Shown here: piece by piece, positions 9,294 to 19,073 of the stretch
Layout of the letters: each line of letters begins with the position of its first letter
Position numbering within the stretch: position 1 is the stretch's first letter
Assembly (NCBI GenBank): GCA_963826115.1
Contig: CAWGVS010000010.1
Location: forward strand, 96,001-160,000
Direction: 5' to 3'
Length of the DNA stretch: 64,000 nucleotides
DNA from: an uncultured Candidatus Rokubacteria bacterium
Lineage (GTDB): Bacteria > Methylomirabilota > Methylomirabilia > Rokubacteriales > DASRDR01
Position numbers and translations under genes: made by a program
The notes under the pieces: generated by a model
What the model was told of the DNA's origin: nothing
The model's database searches: none
What the model saw: only the letters and a program-made list of their open reading frames with translations

Positions 9294-9983
9294 TCAGGGG
9301 AGCTGTTTCAACGCCTGGATGCGGTCGTTCGTTCCGGGATGCGTTGCGAACCAGCCGCCCCCATTACCGCCACCCTCGGAGGCGGCGAGCCAGGTCAGGG
9401 TGCTCACCATCGCCTCCTTCGACGATCCGACGCGCCGGAGCAGCGTCACCCCATGCTTGTCGGCCTCGAGCTCCTCCGAGCGGCTGTACTTGCGCGTGAT
9501 CAGGGTGCCCGCGATGGGGGTGATGATCGCCGCGTTGGGGATGACCTGCTCGATGATCGCCGAGCCGAGCGCGACTCCGGTCTGAAGCCGTTGCGCCTTC
9601 GCGACGTGCCCGAGATCGTTGTGCGCCATCTCGTGCGCCATCACCGCGCGTAGCTGCTCGTCGTTCGCGCGATCGAGCAGGCCGCGCGTCACGTAGAACT
9701 CGCCGTTCCCGGCGTTGGCGGCGTTGATGCTCTTGTCCGCCATGATGCCGACCGTGAGCTGCTTGGGCGGGTGGTCGGCGACCCGCGCGAGCGGCTCGAT
9801 GATCCCGCGGAGCCGTGCGGCGTCCTGGGCGCTGACCTTCTCCAGGGCGGGGCCGGAATCTGCGGCCCGGCCGCCGGACTGGCCCGCGCCGTCGGAGACG
9901 GGACCCGTGGCGCAGCCGGCGACCAGCAGGGCCGCGAGCGCGAGGCCGGCGTGTCTCGTGCGGATGGTCGACGTTGAGCGCAT
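9294..9983 (-). CDS. M48 family zinc metallopeptidase lipoprotein
   Basis: Lipobox LVAGC; INAA, VMAHEMAH (HExxH), YSRSEELEAD, FATHP; AGGAG RBS. Confidence 0.9.
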   Translation of the reverse strand: MRSTSTIRTRHAGLALAALLVAGCATGPVSDGAGQSGGRAADSGPALEKVSAQDAARLRGIIEPLARVADHPPKQLTVGIMADKSINAANAGNGEFYVTRGLLDRANDEQLRAVMAHEMAHNDLGHVAKAQRLQTGVALGSAIIEQVIPNAAIITPIAGTLITRKYSRSEELEADKHGVTLLRRVGSSKEAMVSTLTWLAASEGGGNGGGWFATHPGTNDRIQALKQLP

Positions 9984-10047
9984 GGGCGTCATCTCCTGGT
10001 GTTCGCGGGACGGGCCACGGGTGTCCCGGTTGTTTGACCAGGAAATG

Positions 10048-10063
10048 AGCAAGGCACATGCCA
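10048..10063 (-). promoter_or_regulatory. sigma-54 promoter of M48-psiE
   Basis: TGGCATGTGCCTTGCT. Confidence 0.85.
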
Positions 10064-10129
10064 CGCCGAACGCCGCGTTCCGGCGTGCGACACCGCCCGT
10101 GAGTGGCGCCGGCACGCGAGGAAACCGGA

Positions 10130-10161
10130 CGCCAGCGCGTCGCGCGCTCGACACCGTGTCG
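10130..10161. promoter_or_regulatory. tandem UAS pair
   Basis: CGCCAGCGCGTCG (10130) and CGACACCGTGTCG (10149). Confidence 0.75.
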
Positions 10162-10388
10162 TCGGCGCGCGCGTCCCAGGCTCGCGGCGCGCCGCCCTCC
10201 AGGAGACACACCGCGTCGGGCTCGAGGGTCTGCGGCGCGACCGTCTCCACGCAGGACAGGTGGAGCGCGTCGCGGTCGCGGAACCGGTACCCCACCGCGA
10301 GGTCGCCGCCGCCGGTCAGGATGAAGTCGCCTCGCCCTGGACCGCCTCGTCTACTCGGGCGAGCCCATCAGCGCGCCGCCGCTCTGCA

Positions 10389-10775
10389 TCACGAGCGACC
10401 GGTGGACCGCCGGGAGGATCGCGCGCGTGTGGCCCCGGAGGCCCCGGCGGCGCGCCGGCCGTTTCCCGTCGGAGCGTCCGGCTCGAGCGCCGTGATGGGG
10501 CGCTCCGTGAACAGGAACGCGCGTAGCACCTCGTCGAAGCTCGGGTCTCGCCGCCGGATCCACTCCAGCACCATTGCCGCGTGCTCCTTCTCCTCGTCCC
10601 GGTTGTGCCGGAGGATGGCCTTCAGCTCGCCGTCGGCGGCCGCCTCGATGCGCTGCTGGTACCAGTCGATCGCCTCGAGCTCCTCCATCAGGCTGACGAT
10701 CGCCCGGTGCATGTCGCGCGTGCCGGGCGTGAGCGCCTCCTCGGCCTCGTGAAACCCCGCGGAGCCTCCTGCCAT
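10389..10775 (-). CDS. encapsulin-associated-type ferritin-like protein (EncFtn family)
   Basis: HRAIVSLMEELEAIDWYQQR...ILRHNRDEEKEHAAMVLEWIRR...FLFTERPIT; AGGAG RBS. Confidence 0.9.
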   Translation of the reverse strand: MAGGSAGFHEAEEALTPGTRDMHRAIVSLMEELEAIDWYQQRIEAAADGELKAILRHNRDEEKEHAAMVLEWIRRRDPSFDEVLRAFLFTERPITALEPDAPTGNGRRAAGASGATRARSSRRSTGRS

Positions 10776-10819
10776 GTCGGGTCTCCTGTCTCGCGGGCGC
10801 GGGCCCGCGGCGTCATCGG

Positions 10820-13774
10820 TCAGCGCTCGTTAGCGGCCTCGAGGAGCGCGACCGGAAGGACGGCGAGCGCGGCGTCCAGCGGAAGGCCGGCCTGGCCCTC
10901 GCGGGTCGAGGGGACGACATCCTCTCCCGTCAGCGCGTTGCGGAAGACGCGAGACGCCCACGCCGTTGGCAGCGGGAGCCACGTCGCGGCCCACACCGAC
11001 GCCCCGAGCGGGGGGGCGGCGAGGTGGAGGCGCGCGAGGAAGCGCGGCGCGACCGCGATCGCCACGTCGTCGCCGAACGCGCGTCCGAACGCCACCACGT
11101 GCTCCCCGCGAAGCCCGCGGCCCTCCAGCGGCACGTAGGCTCCTTCGGCGAAGAGGGCCGCCCGGCGCCGCCGGCAGTCGAGGGCGCGATGGATGAGGTA
11201 CAGCTTGACCCGCCCGTCCTCCTTCGTCGCGAGGAGCGACGCGGCGAGCGCGGCGAGGTCGGCGTCCGGCGCCTCGAGCCGCGCCCGGATTCCGCGGAGG
11301 TCGGTCGCGAGGCGCGCGTAGTCCGGCGGCCGCCGGTTGTCCGGGTCGACCAGGCTCAGGTCCCACTCCTCGGCGCCCTGGTAGATGTCGGGCACCCCGG
11401 GCGCGGCGAGCTTCAGGAGGGTCTGCGCGAGCGAGTTGTAGACGCCCGCGTCCGCGATCCGCGCCTGGAACGGCCGGAAGTCGGCGAGGAACGGGTTGTC
11501 CCCCGGCGCGGCCGCGATGGCGCCGAGCAGGCGGCGGAGCGGGCCGCGCGCCCCCCCGGAGGGCGCGGACGGAGCGAGGATTGCCGCGACGAAGCGGGCC
11601 ACGGCCGCCTCGTACGCGGGGTTGGGGTGCACCCAGCTCGCGTGGACCTTGGCCTCGCGGATCGCCTTGAACGCGTACTGCTGGACGCGTCCCACGAAGG
11701 CGCCGCGCGTGGCCTCGTCCGAGTCGCCGGCCGGCCACGCGCCGAGCAGCGTCTGATACAAGAGGTACTCCTCGTTGGGGTCGGGCGCCGGCTGGCCGTC
11801 CACCACCGTGCGATGGCGGCGGTTGAGGCGGTGCCAGAGGCGCACCCGGGTCCGCCACTCGTGCGGGATCTCCGAGAGGACGTTGATCCGCGCGCGGACG
11901 TCCTCCCCACGCTTGGTGTCGTGGGTGGAGGTCGCCGACATCGCGTGCGGCCACCGCGCCGCGCGCTCCGCGTTCAGCCGGTGGAACTCCTCGAGGGGCG
12001 TGCCGACGCGGCCGGGCGCGCCGCCGACCTCGTTCAGCGAGATGAGCCGGAGGTAGCGGTAGAAGGCGGTGTCCTCCACGCCCTTGGCGGTGACCGGGCC
12101 CGTCAGCTGCTGGAACCGGCGCACGAAGTCGAGGTCGCCCGCGCGGCAGAGGAGGTCGGCGACGAAGTCGAAGATGGACGGGTTCGTCGTCGGGCTCCGG
12201 CGCTTCGCCTCGGCCACCGCGTTGGCCACGTGGGCGCGGTCCGGGGGGGACGCCGCCGGCCCGTCGTCGCCGATGTAGGTCCGGTATACCGGGAAACACG
12301 CGAGGATCTCGCGCAGCCCCTCGGTGAGGCTCCGGCCGGTGAAGTCGCGGGACTCGCGGCGCTCGCCGGCCAGCCGCGCGAGACGCCGGCCCAGCACGCT
12401 CACCTCGCCGGCCATGGTCGTCTCCGTGACCAGCCGGCGCGCCGCGTGCACGACGTCGGCGAAGGGCGCGGCGAGGCCCGTGAGCTGCTGGTAGGTCTGG
12501 TCGAGCCTCCGCGCGCCCTTCGGGTCCACGAAGATCCCGTTCAGCGCGTTGAGGAACTCGTACCCGGTCGTGCCGTGGACCGGCCAGTGAGCGGGCAGGG
12601 ATTCTCCCGGCATCAGAACCTTCTCGACCACCACGTAGAACGGGCGGTCGGCCGGGCCGGGCTCCCGGTCCCCCGACTGCGCGCGCGCGCACCGCTCGCG
12701 GAGCTCGGCAAGGTAGCGCGCGGGGTGGTAGAGGCCGTCGGGGTGGTCGATCCGGAGGCCGGTGATGCGTCCCTCGGCGACGAGCCGGAGGAGTAGCCGG
12801 TGGGCCGCGTCGAAGACGGCCGGATCCTCCACGCGGATGGCCGCCAGGTCGTTGACGTCGAAGAAGCGCCGGTAGTTGATCTCGTCCCCGGCGACGCCCC
12901 AGTAGGCGACGCGGTACGCCTGCGCGCGGAGGAGCGTGTCGAGGCGGTCGAAGCTCTCGGGCCGGCCGAGCGTGCCGTTCATGAGATGGAGCGTGTCCTC
13001 GACCTGCGCCTTCACCGCCGGCGTGTCCCGCACGAGGGCGTCGAGACGGCGCTTGACGGCGTCCGCCGCGCGGGCGCGCTCGGCCCCGCCTCCCGCCGCG
13101 CCGCTGCCGGCCCGGGGCGGCAGGCGGCGAGCGGCGGCGACGATGCTCCGGAGCTCGGCGCCGTGCCGGCCCTCATCCCCGAGCGAGGCGTCGGGCTCGC
13201 CCGGTCGCGTGGCCAGGATGTCGGGGTAGGTGCCGGGGTCGATCGGCAGCGCGTGCTCCCAGTAGCGGACCACGAAGGCCCCGTCCTCGTACTGGAGCCG
13301 GAGCTCCTGGCGCTCGAGCACGCGGCCGTAGTGATCCTCGAGGATCGGGAGAAGCACGCGGTCGCGGAGCTCGGGCCGGAGGGGCTCCCAGTCGATGTCG
13401 AAGAAGGACGCGAACGCCGAGGCCGGCCCGTGCTCGAGCACGTCCTGCCACCAGGCGTTCCGGCGGCACGCGATGCCCATGTGGTTCGGGACCACGTCGA
13501 CGACCTGCCCCATCCCGTGCGCCCGAAGCGCGTCGCCGAGCGCCGCGTACGCGACTTCTCCGCCCAGCGCCTCGTTGAGCTGCCCGTGATCCGCCACGTC
13601 GTAGCCGTGGGAGTCCGGCGCGCAGGGCTGGAGAATCGGCGAGAGGTAGCAGTCCGTGACGCCGAGCTCCGCCAGGTACGGGACGAGGTCGCGGGCGCCC
13701 GCGAACGTGAGCCCGGCCCCGAGCTGGAGCCGGTACGTGGCGCCGGGGAGGCGCGGGCCGGCGGCGGCCCTCAC
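10820..13774 (-). CDS. treY: malto-oligosyltrehalose synthase
   Basis: ATYRLQL, YLSPIL, HGYDV, DVVPNHM, INYRRFFDVNDLAA, GLRIDHPDGL, STHDTKRGEDVRAR, PGVPDIYQG, LVDPDNRRP; GTGA overlap with glgX. Confidence 0.95.
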   Translation of the reverse strand: MRAAAGPRLPGATYRLQLGAGLTFAGARDLVPYLAELGVTDCYLSPILQPCAPDSHGYDVADHGQLNEALGGEVAYAALGDALRAHGMGQVVDVVPNHMGIACRRNAWWQDVLEHGPASAFASFFDIDWEPLRPELRDRVLLPILEDHYGRVLERQELRLQYEDGAFVVRYWEHALPIDPGTYPDILATRPGEPDASLGDEGRHGAELRSIVAAARRLPPRAGSGAAGGGAERARAADAVKRRLDALVRDTPAVKAQVEDTLHLMNGTLGRPESFDRLDTLLRAQAYRVAYWGVAGDEINYRRFFDVNDLAAIRVEDPAVFDAAHRLLLRLVAEGRITGLRIDHPDGLYHPARYLAELRERCARAQSGDREPGPADRPFYVVVEKVLMPGESLPAHWPVHGTTGYEFLNALNGIFVDPKGARRLDQTYQQLTGLAAPFADVVHAARRLVTETTMAGEVSVLGRRLARLAGERRESRDFTGRSLTEGLREILACFPVYRTYIGDDGPAASPPDRAHVANAVAEAKRRSPTTNPSIFDFVADLLCRAGDLDFVRRFQQLTGPVTAKGVEDTAFYRYLRLISLNEVGGAPGRVGTPLEEFHRLNAERAARWPHAMSATSTHDTKRGEDVRARINVLSEIPHEWRTRVRLWHRLNRRHRTVVDGQPAPDPNEEYLLYQTLLGAWPAGDSDEATRGAFVGRVQQYAFKAIREAKVHASWVHPNPAYEAAVARFVAAILAPSAPSGGARGPLRRLLGAIAAAPGDNPFLADFRPFQARIADAGVYNSLAQTLLKLAAPGVPDIYQGAEEWDLSLVDPDNRRPPDYARLATDLRGIRARLEAPDADLAALAASLLATKEDGRVKLYLIHRALDCRRRRAALFAEGAYVPLEGRGLRGEHVVAFGRAFGDDVAIAVAPRFLARLHLAAPPLGASVWAATWLPLPTAWASRVFRNALTGEDVVPSTREGQAGLPLDAALAVLPVALLEAANER

Positions 13775-15924
13775 GGCGCGCGCCGGCCGGCCCGCAGGCG
13801 GAGCAGGGCGAGGCTCCGGGCCTCCAGGGGAAACAGGTCGCCGGCCTTGAAGGCCCGCACGCCCGGCGGCGACCAGTCCCGCGTGTCCAGGATCAGCTCC
13901 CAGCGCATCCGCGTGCGGTGGGCGGGCACGACGAAATCCAGCGGCGCGTGGTGCGCATTGAGGAGGAGCAGGAAGGTGTCGTCGCGGATGGGCTCGCCCG
14001 CGCGGTCCGTTTCTTCGATCGCGTCGCCGGCGAGCCGGAGCCCCAGGCAGCGCGTGAAGCCGTTGGTCCACTCCTCCTCGGTCATCTCCTTTCCGTCGGG
14101 CCGGAACCAGGACAGGTCCTTGACCTCGGAGCCCTCGATGCGGCGTCCCTGGAAGAAGCGGCGTCGGTGGAAGACGGGATGCGCGAGTCGGAGGCGGATC
14201 AGGCGCCGCGTGTACTCGAGCTGAGACTTGGCCGCGCGGGAGAGCGACCAGTCCATCCACGAGATCTCGTTGTCCTGGCAGTACGCGTTGTTGTTGCCCT
14301 GCTGGCTCCGCCCGAGCTCGTCGCCCGCCAGGAGCATGGGGACGCCCTGTGAGAGGAGGAGCGTGGCCAGGAAGTTGCGGAACATCCGCTCACGGAGCGC
14401 GATCACGGCGGCGTCGGCAGTGCGGCCCTCGACGCCGCAGTTCCAGGAGAGGTTGTCGGCGGTCCCGTCCCGGTTCTCCTCTCCGTTGGCCTCGTTGTGC
14501 TTGTCGTTGAAGCTGACGAGATCGAGGAGGGTGAAACCGTCGTGGGCGGTCACGAAGTTGATGCTGGCCGACGGCCGCCGCCCCCCGGACTCGTAGAGGT
14601 CGCTCGATCCGGTCAGGCGGTAGGCGAGATCGGGGACCTGGCCGCCGTCGCCCTTCCAGTACCGCCGGATCGTGTCCCGGTACCGGCCATTCCACTCGGC
14701 CCAGCCCGCCGGGAAGTTGCCCACCTGGTATCCGCCGTCCCCGAGGTCCCAGGGCTCGGCGATCAGCTTGACCTGGCTGATCAGGGGGTCCTGGTGGATC
14801 ACGTCGAAGAAGGACGACAGCCGGTCCACCTCGTGGAGCTCGCGGGCCAGGGCGGAGGCGAGGTCGAACCGGAAGCCGTCGACGTGCATCTCCGACACCC
14901 AGTAGCGGAGGCTGTCCATCAGCAGCTGGACGCAGCGGGGATGCGTCATGTCGAGCGTGTTGCCGCAGCCCGTGTAGTCCATGTAGTAGCGCCGATCGTC
15001 CGCGACCAGCCGGTAGTAGGCCGCGTTGTCGATCCCGCGGAAGCAGAGGGTGGGCCCGAGGTGGTTGCCCTCCGCCGTGTGGTTGTAGACGACGTCGAGG
15101 ATCACCTCGATGCCGGCCTCGTGGAGGGCCTTGACCATCTGCTTGAACTCGCGCACCTGGTCGCCGCGCACGCCCGCGCTCGCGTAGCGCGAGTCGGGAG
15201 CGAAGAAGCCCACGGTGTTGTAGCCCCAGTAGTTGGTCAGGCCCCGGTCGGCCAGATGGCGGTCGCGGACGAAGTGGTGGACCGGCATGAGCTCGATGGC
15301 GGTCACGCCGAGCCGGCGCAGATGGTCGATCGCCGCGGGTGAGGCGAGGCCGGCGTAGGTCCCGCGGAGCGCCTTGGGGACTCCGGGACTCCGGGCGGTG
15401 AGGCCCCGGACGTGCGCCTCGTAGATCACCGTCAGGTGCCACGGGGTCCTGAGCGGCCGGTCGTCGCCCCACGTGAAGGCGTCGTCCACGACGACGCTCT
15501 TGGGCACGAACGGCGCGCTGTCGCGGTCGTCCCGCGTGAGGTCGGCGTCGGGGTCGCCGACGCGGTACCCGAAGATGGCGTCGCTCCACTCGATGTTCCC
15601 GGCGATCGCGCGCGCGTACGGGTCGAGGACGAGCTTCCGCGCGTTGAAGCGGTGGCCGGCGGTGGGCTCCCACGGGCCGTCGACCCGGTAGCCGTAGAGG
15701 TCGCCCGGTCGGCCCTCGGGCAGGTAGAGGTGCCAGACCTGGTCGGTGCGCTCGACCATCGGCAGGCGCTGGACCTCGGCGCCGGGATCGGCGGCGTCGA
15801 ACCGGCAGAGCTCGACGCCGGTCGCGTGCTCGCTGAACAGCGCGAAGTTGACACCGGCCCCATCCCACGTGGCGCCGAGGGGATAGGGGCGGCCCGGCCG
15901 CGTCCGGGGCGGGGCGGCCCTCAT
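13771..15924 (-). CDS. glgX: glycogen debranching enzyme GlgX/TreX
   Basis: PYPLGATWDGAGVNFALFS, NYWGYNT, DVVYNHTAEG, DGFRFDLAS, KLIAEPWD, NFVTAHDGFTL, QQGNNNAYCQDN. Confidence 0.95.
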   Translation of the reverse strand: MRAAPPRTRPGRPYPLGATWDGAGVNFALFSEHATGVELCRFDAADPGAEVQRLPMVERTDQVWHLYLPEGRPGDLYGYRVDGPWEPTAGHRFNARKLVLDPYARAIAGNIEWSDAIFGYRVGDPDADLTRDDRDSAPFVPKSVVVDDAFTWGDDRPLRTPWHLTVIYEAHVRGLTARSPGVPKALRGTYAGLASPAAIDHLRRLGVTAIELMPVHHFVRDRHLADRGLTNYWGYNTVGFFAPDSRYASAGVRGDQVREFKQMVKALHEAGIEVILDVVYNHTAEGNHLGPTLCFRGIDNAAYYRLVADDRRYYMDYTGCGNTLDMTHPRCVQLLMDSLRYWVSEMHVDGFRFDLASALARELHEVDRLSSFFDVIHQDPLISQVKLIAEPWDLGDGGYQVGNFPAGWAEWNGRYRDTIRRYWKGDGGQVPDLAYRLTGSSDLYESGGRRPSASINFVTAHDGFTLLDLVSFNDKHNEANGEENRDGTADNLSWNCGVEGRTADAAVIALRERMFRNFLATLLLSQGVPMLLAGDELGRSQQGNNNAYCQDNEISWMDWSLSRAAKSQLEYTRRLIRLRLAHPVFHRRRFFQGRRIEGSEVKDLSWFRPDGKEMTEEEWTNGFTRCLGLRLAGDAIEETDRAGEPIRDDTFLLLLNAHHAPLDFVVPAHRTRMRWELILDTRDWSPPGVRAFKAGDLFPLEARSLALLRLRAGRRAP

Positions 15925-16952
15925 TTCTCCGAGCCGGCGCCGACCGGCTCGGTCAGGCGATCCAGCCACGGCGGCGTGATCCGGAGGCGCTCGAGGCTCC
16001 GCACCACCCGGCGCGGTGATCCCCAGTCGCACCAGGTCACGCCGGTCAGCATCGCGACGGCGAGCATCGGGGCCACGTGTTCCAGCACGTCGCGGGAGAA
16101 GTTGGCCACAGGGAGGGCGGCGTGAAGGCGCCGGACCGCCTCCGGCCGCGCCCCGCCGCTCGCCAGGCGCATCACCCGTTCGAGCTCCGCGTGAAGCCCC
16201 GGGACGCCCCGCCGCCCCGCTTCCACTAGCGCGCGCGCCTTTCCCACGAAGACGAACGTGTTCCATGCCGCTCCCACCGCCAGGCACCGTCGCGCCACGT
16301 CGAGGGAGGGCTTCTCGACGAATCGCCGGACGGCGCGCACGACCGTTCGGCCGGCGTGGCCGAGGCCCGCGCCCGGTTCGATCCAGCCGTACTCCGTCTC
16401 GGCCTCCGTCGCGGGTACTCCGAGGAGCACGATTCGCCCCGGGTGCGCGTCGACGTACACGGCGGCGTCCGCGACCTGGGCCATGAACGCCTCCTCGAGC
16501 ACGAGGTGATCGGACGGAAAGACGGCAACCGTCGCGTGGGGAGCCCGGCTCGCGATCCAGTGGACGGGGAGGAGCACCCCGGCTGCCGTCCCCCGATCGA
16601 CCGGCTGGAGCAGGATGCTCGGGCTCGGGTCGGGCATCGCCATTGCGAGATAGCTCGCGTGGCTCTCGACGCTGATGACGACCGTGCGAGGGGCCGGGAC
16701 TCGGAGGGCCGTGCGATCGAGCGTCTGGCGGAGGAGGGACCGGCTCCCGGTGACGGTCACGTATTGCTTTGGACGGTCGTCGCCGCAGATGACGCGTGTG
16801 AGCGGCCGGAGCCGGACGCCTTCGCCGCCGGCGAGGATGACGGCCCAGAGCCCGCCGGCGGCCTGCCGGCGCACCGACGCTGGCGGCGGGGGAGTGCCGG
16901 GTGACGTTGCGGTCTCGGTGACGGAAGAATCGACCGCGATGGGCAGCGTCAT
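15921..16952 (-). CDS. sugar-phosphate nucleotidyltransferase (mannose-1-phosphate guanylyltransferase-like)
   Basis: VILAGGEGVRLRPL...PKQY, QPVDRGTA, FPSDH, EYGWIEPG, FVEKP, WCDWGS. Confidence 0.85.
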   Translation of the reverse strand: MTLPIAVDSSVTETATSPGTPPPPASVRRQAAGGLWAVILAGGEGVRLRPLTRVICGDDRPKQYVTVTGSRSLLRQTLDRTALRVPAPRTVVISVESHASYLAMAMPDPSPSILLQPVDRGTAAGVLLPVHWIASRAPHATVAVFPSDHLVLEEAFMAQVADAAVYVDAHPGRIVLLGVPATEAETEYGWIEPGAGLGHAGRTVVRAVRRFVEKPSLDVARRCLAVGAAWNTFVFVGKARALVEAGRRGVPGLHAELERVMRLASGGARPEAVRRLHAALPVANFSRDVLEHVAPMLAVAMLTGVTWCDWGSPRRVVRSLERLRITPPWLDRLTEPVGAGSEK

Positions 16953-16964
16953 GCCGGCGGAGGA

Positions 16965-16980
16965 TGCAACCGCGATTCCA
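16965..16980 (-). promoter_or_regulatory. sigma-54 promoter of NTase-glgX-treY-EncFtn operon
   Basis: TGGAATCGCGGTTGCA. Confidence 0.7.
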
Positions 16981-17091
16981 CGCGCGATGCCGTGGCGTCC
17001 TGCCGCGCGGGTGCAGATGCAACATGCGACGGACGCACGTGGCGGCGCGCGGACCGCCGGTTCTCGGTCCGGACCGGTATGCGACTTGCGG

Positions 17092-17123
17092 CGACACGAT
17101 GTCGTGCGCGCGACATCGTGACG
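17092..17123. promoter_or_regulatory. tandem UAS pair
   Basis: CGACACGATGTCG (17092) and CGACATCGTGACG (17111). Confidence 0.8.
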
Positions 17124-17169
17124 GCGCACTCGATGGAGCGCCGGATCGAGACGAGAGGTCCGAAGGCGA

Positions 17170-17412
17170 TCAGGCGGGGACGGGCTTGGCGCACTCCGGG
17201 CAGATCTCGCGCTCGCTGTCGAACGCGATACCGTGGATCGAACAGCGGATCATGCGGGTTTCGGAACCCTTGGTGCGCTGCTCGGGCGGGCGCGGGATCA
17301 CGGGGCAGGTCGGGCACGGCATGTCGTCCTCGGGGAGCGTGCTCGCTGCCGGCACGGACCGTGCACCGGCTCCGTCAATCGTGATGCCGCGCCACATTGC
17401 TCCAACCGCCAT
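17170..17412 (-). CDS. 80-aa Cys-rich small protein (putative metal binder)
   Basis: AAGGAGG RBS; CPTC, CSIH and CPEC motifs. Confidence 0.65.
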   Translation of the reverse strand: MAVGAMWRGITIDGAGARSVPAASTLPEDDMPCPTCPVIPRPPEQRTKGSETRMIRCSIHGIAFDSEREICPECAKPVPA

Positions 17413-17440
17413 GCTCGACCTCCTTCACGCAGCAGGGGAG

Positions 17441-17456
17441 AGCAAGGCACGTGCCA
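17441..17456 (-). promoter_or_regulatory. sigma-54 promoter
   Basis: TGGCACGTGCCTTGCT (consensus). Confidence 0.9.
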
Positions 17457-17531
17457 CGAAACGCTCTCGAGCCGCTCGTCGAGAACGCTCGCAAGCATGC
17501 GCGAAATCAGCGCGAATCGATCGCGCGTCCA

Positions 17532-17585
17532 CGCCACCATGTCGTGCGCGCGCCGCCGTGTCATGCGCGAGACGCGTGATAGACT
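17532..17585. promoter_or_regulatory. tandem UAS pair overlapping the putative sigma-70 promoter of the two-component operon
   Basis: CGCCACCATGTCG (17532) and CGCCGCCGTGTCA (17551); -35-like GTGTCA 17558-17563 and extended -10 TGaTAGACT 17577-17585. Confidence 0.65.
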
Positions 17586-17594
17586 GAGGCCCCC

Positions 17595-19073
17595 GTGGGA
17601 CTGCGATTTCGCCTGGTCCTACTGCTCTTGGTGCCGATGACGCTCGTCGTCGCGGCCTTCGCGTACGTCTTGGTCCGGGAGCAGCGAGCCCAGCGGCGGG
17701 CGGAGTTCGACCTGCGCGTGAGCGTCACGAGCGCGGCGATTCGGCTCGCGGTGGAGAACGCGCTCCGGAGCGGGACCCTCGCCGACGTCGAGCGGCTGGC
17801 TCACGACCTGGTCGTGAAGCAGACGGAGATCGTGCGGATCCGGCTGCTGGATCGCGGCCTCGTCTCCCGCGTCGACGTGAACCTCTTCGCCGGGGGCGCC
17901 GGGGTGTCTCCCGACGAGCCCCGTCGGGTCCGCGACACGGGCCAGCCGACGGCCGTCGAGTACAAGGGCGGGGACACTCGCTTCCAGAGCGTGCTCCTGC
18001 CCGCCCGATCGGCCATCGACGGCGACGGCGTCCTGGAGGTCACCTTCCTGTCGGGCCGCCTGGAGGCCGATCTCCTCGGCGAGACCTACAAGATCGCGTT
18101 CCGTGGGGCGGTGCTGGTTCTCCTGTTGGGCCTGGTCGTGTGGGTCGCGTTCCAGCGCCTGGTGTTCCGTCCGGTCGCCGACCTCATGCAGGGGATCGAG
18201 CGCGTGGCGGCCGGGGAGGCGAGCGCGTCGGTTCCCGTGCGGCGCCGCGACGAGCTGGGTCAGGTGGCGGCGGCGTTCAACCGGATGGCCGAGCGGGTGC
18301 GGGAGGCCCGGCACCAGGTCGAGACCGAGACCGACCGGTCGCTCGAGCTCATGCGCCGGCTCCGGCAGACCGAGTCGCTGGCGATCGCCGGCAAGCTCTG
18401 CTCGAGCATCGCGCACGAGGTGGGGACGCCGCTCAACATCATCGCGGGGCGCGCGGAGCTCATGCTCCGAGCCCTTCCCAAGGACTCGCCACTCCGCGAG
18501 GACCTGAACGTCATCGTCACGCAGATCGACCGGATCTCGCGGATGATCCGGGCGGCCCTCGATCCCTTCCGGCAGCGCCAGCCCGAGCGGGCCGCGGTCG
18601 CGCCCGGTTCGGTGACCGAGGGGCTCCGGCCGCTCCTCCAGCACTTTGCCAAGAGCCGTGGCGTCACCCTGTCGGTGTCCATCCCGCCCGGGATCGCGCC
18701 GGTGTACGTCGACTCGGGCCATCTCCAGCAGGTCCTGATCAATCTCCTGACGAATGCCATCGAAGCCACCCCGTCCGGCGGGCGCGTCGAGGTGACGGCC
18801 GCGCCCAGCGCCAACGACGACCGGCCGGGCGTGGCCGTCGTCGTGCGGGACACGGGGTCGGGCATCTCGGAGGACGTCCTCCCCCGGATCTTCGATCCGT
18901 TCTTCAGCACGAAGCCGGCCCGCGACGGCGCGGGCCTCGGACTCGCGATCTGCCGAGACCTCGTCCGGTCGAACGGCAGCGACATCCAGGTTGCGAGCAA
19001 GCTCGGCGAAGGCACGGCCTTTACCGTCTGGCTGCCCGAGGCTGGGTCCGAAGGCAGGAAGGAGCAGTCATGA
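17595..19073 (+). CDS. membrane HAMP sensor histidine kinase
   Basis: Two TMs, HAMP (RRDELGQVAAAFNRMA), IAHEVGTPLNII, QVLINLLTNA, DTGSGI, FDPFFSTK, GAGLGL. Confidence 0.93.
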   Translation: MGLRFRLVLLLLVPMTLVVAAFAYVLVREQRAQRRAEFDLRVSVTSAAIRLAVENALRSGTLADVERLAHDLVVKQTEIVRIRLLDRGLVSRVDVNLFAGGAGVSPDEPRRVRDTGQPTAVEYKGGDTRFQSVLLPARSAIDGDGVLEVTFLSGRLEADLLGETYKIAFRGAVLVLLLGLVVWVAFQRLVFRPVADLMQGIERVAAGEASASVPVRRRDELGQVAAAFNRMAERVREARHQVETETDRSLELMRRLRQTESLAIAGKLCSSIAHEVGTPLNIIAGRAELMLRALPKDSPLREDLNVIVTQIDRISRMIRAALDPFRQRQPERAAVAPGSVTEGLRPLLQHFAKSRGVTLSVSIPPGIAPVYVDSGHLQQVLINLLTNAIEATPSGGRVEVTAAPSANDDRPGVAVVVRDTGSGISEDVLPRIFDPFFSTKPARDGAGLGLAICRDLVRSNGSDIQVASKLGEGTAFTVWLPEAGSEGRKEQS

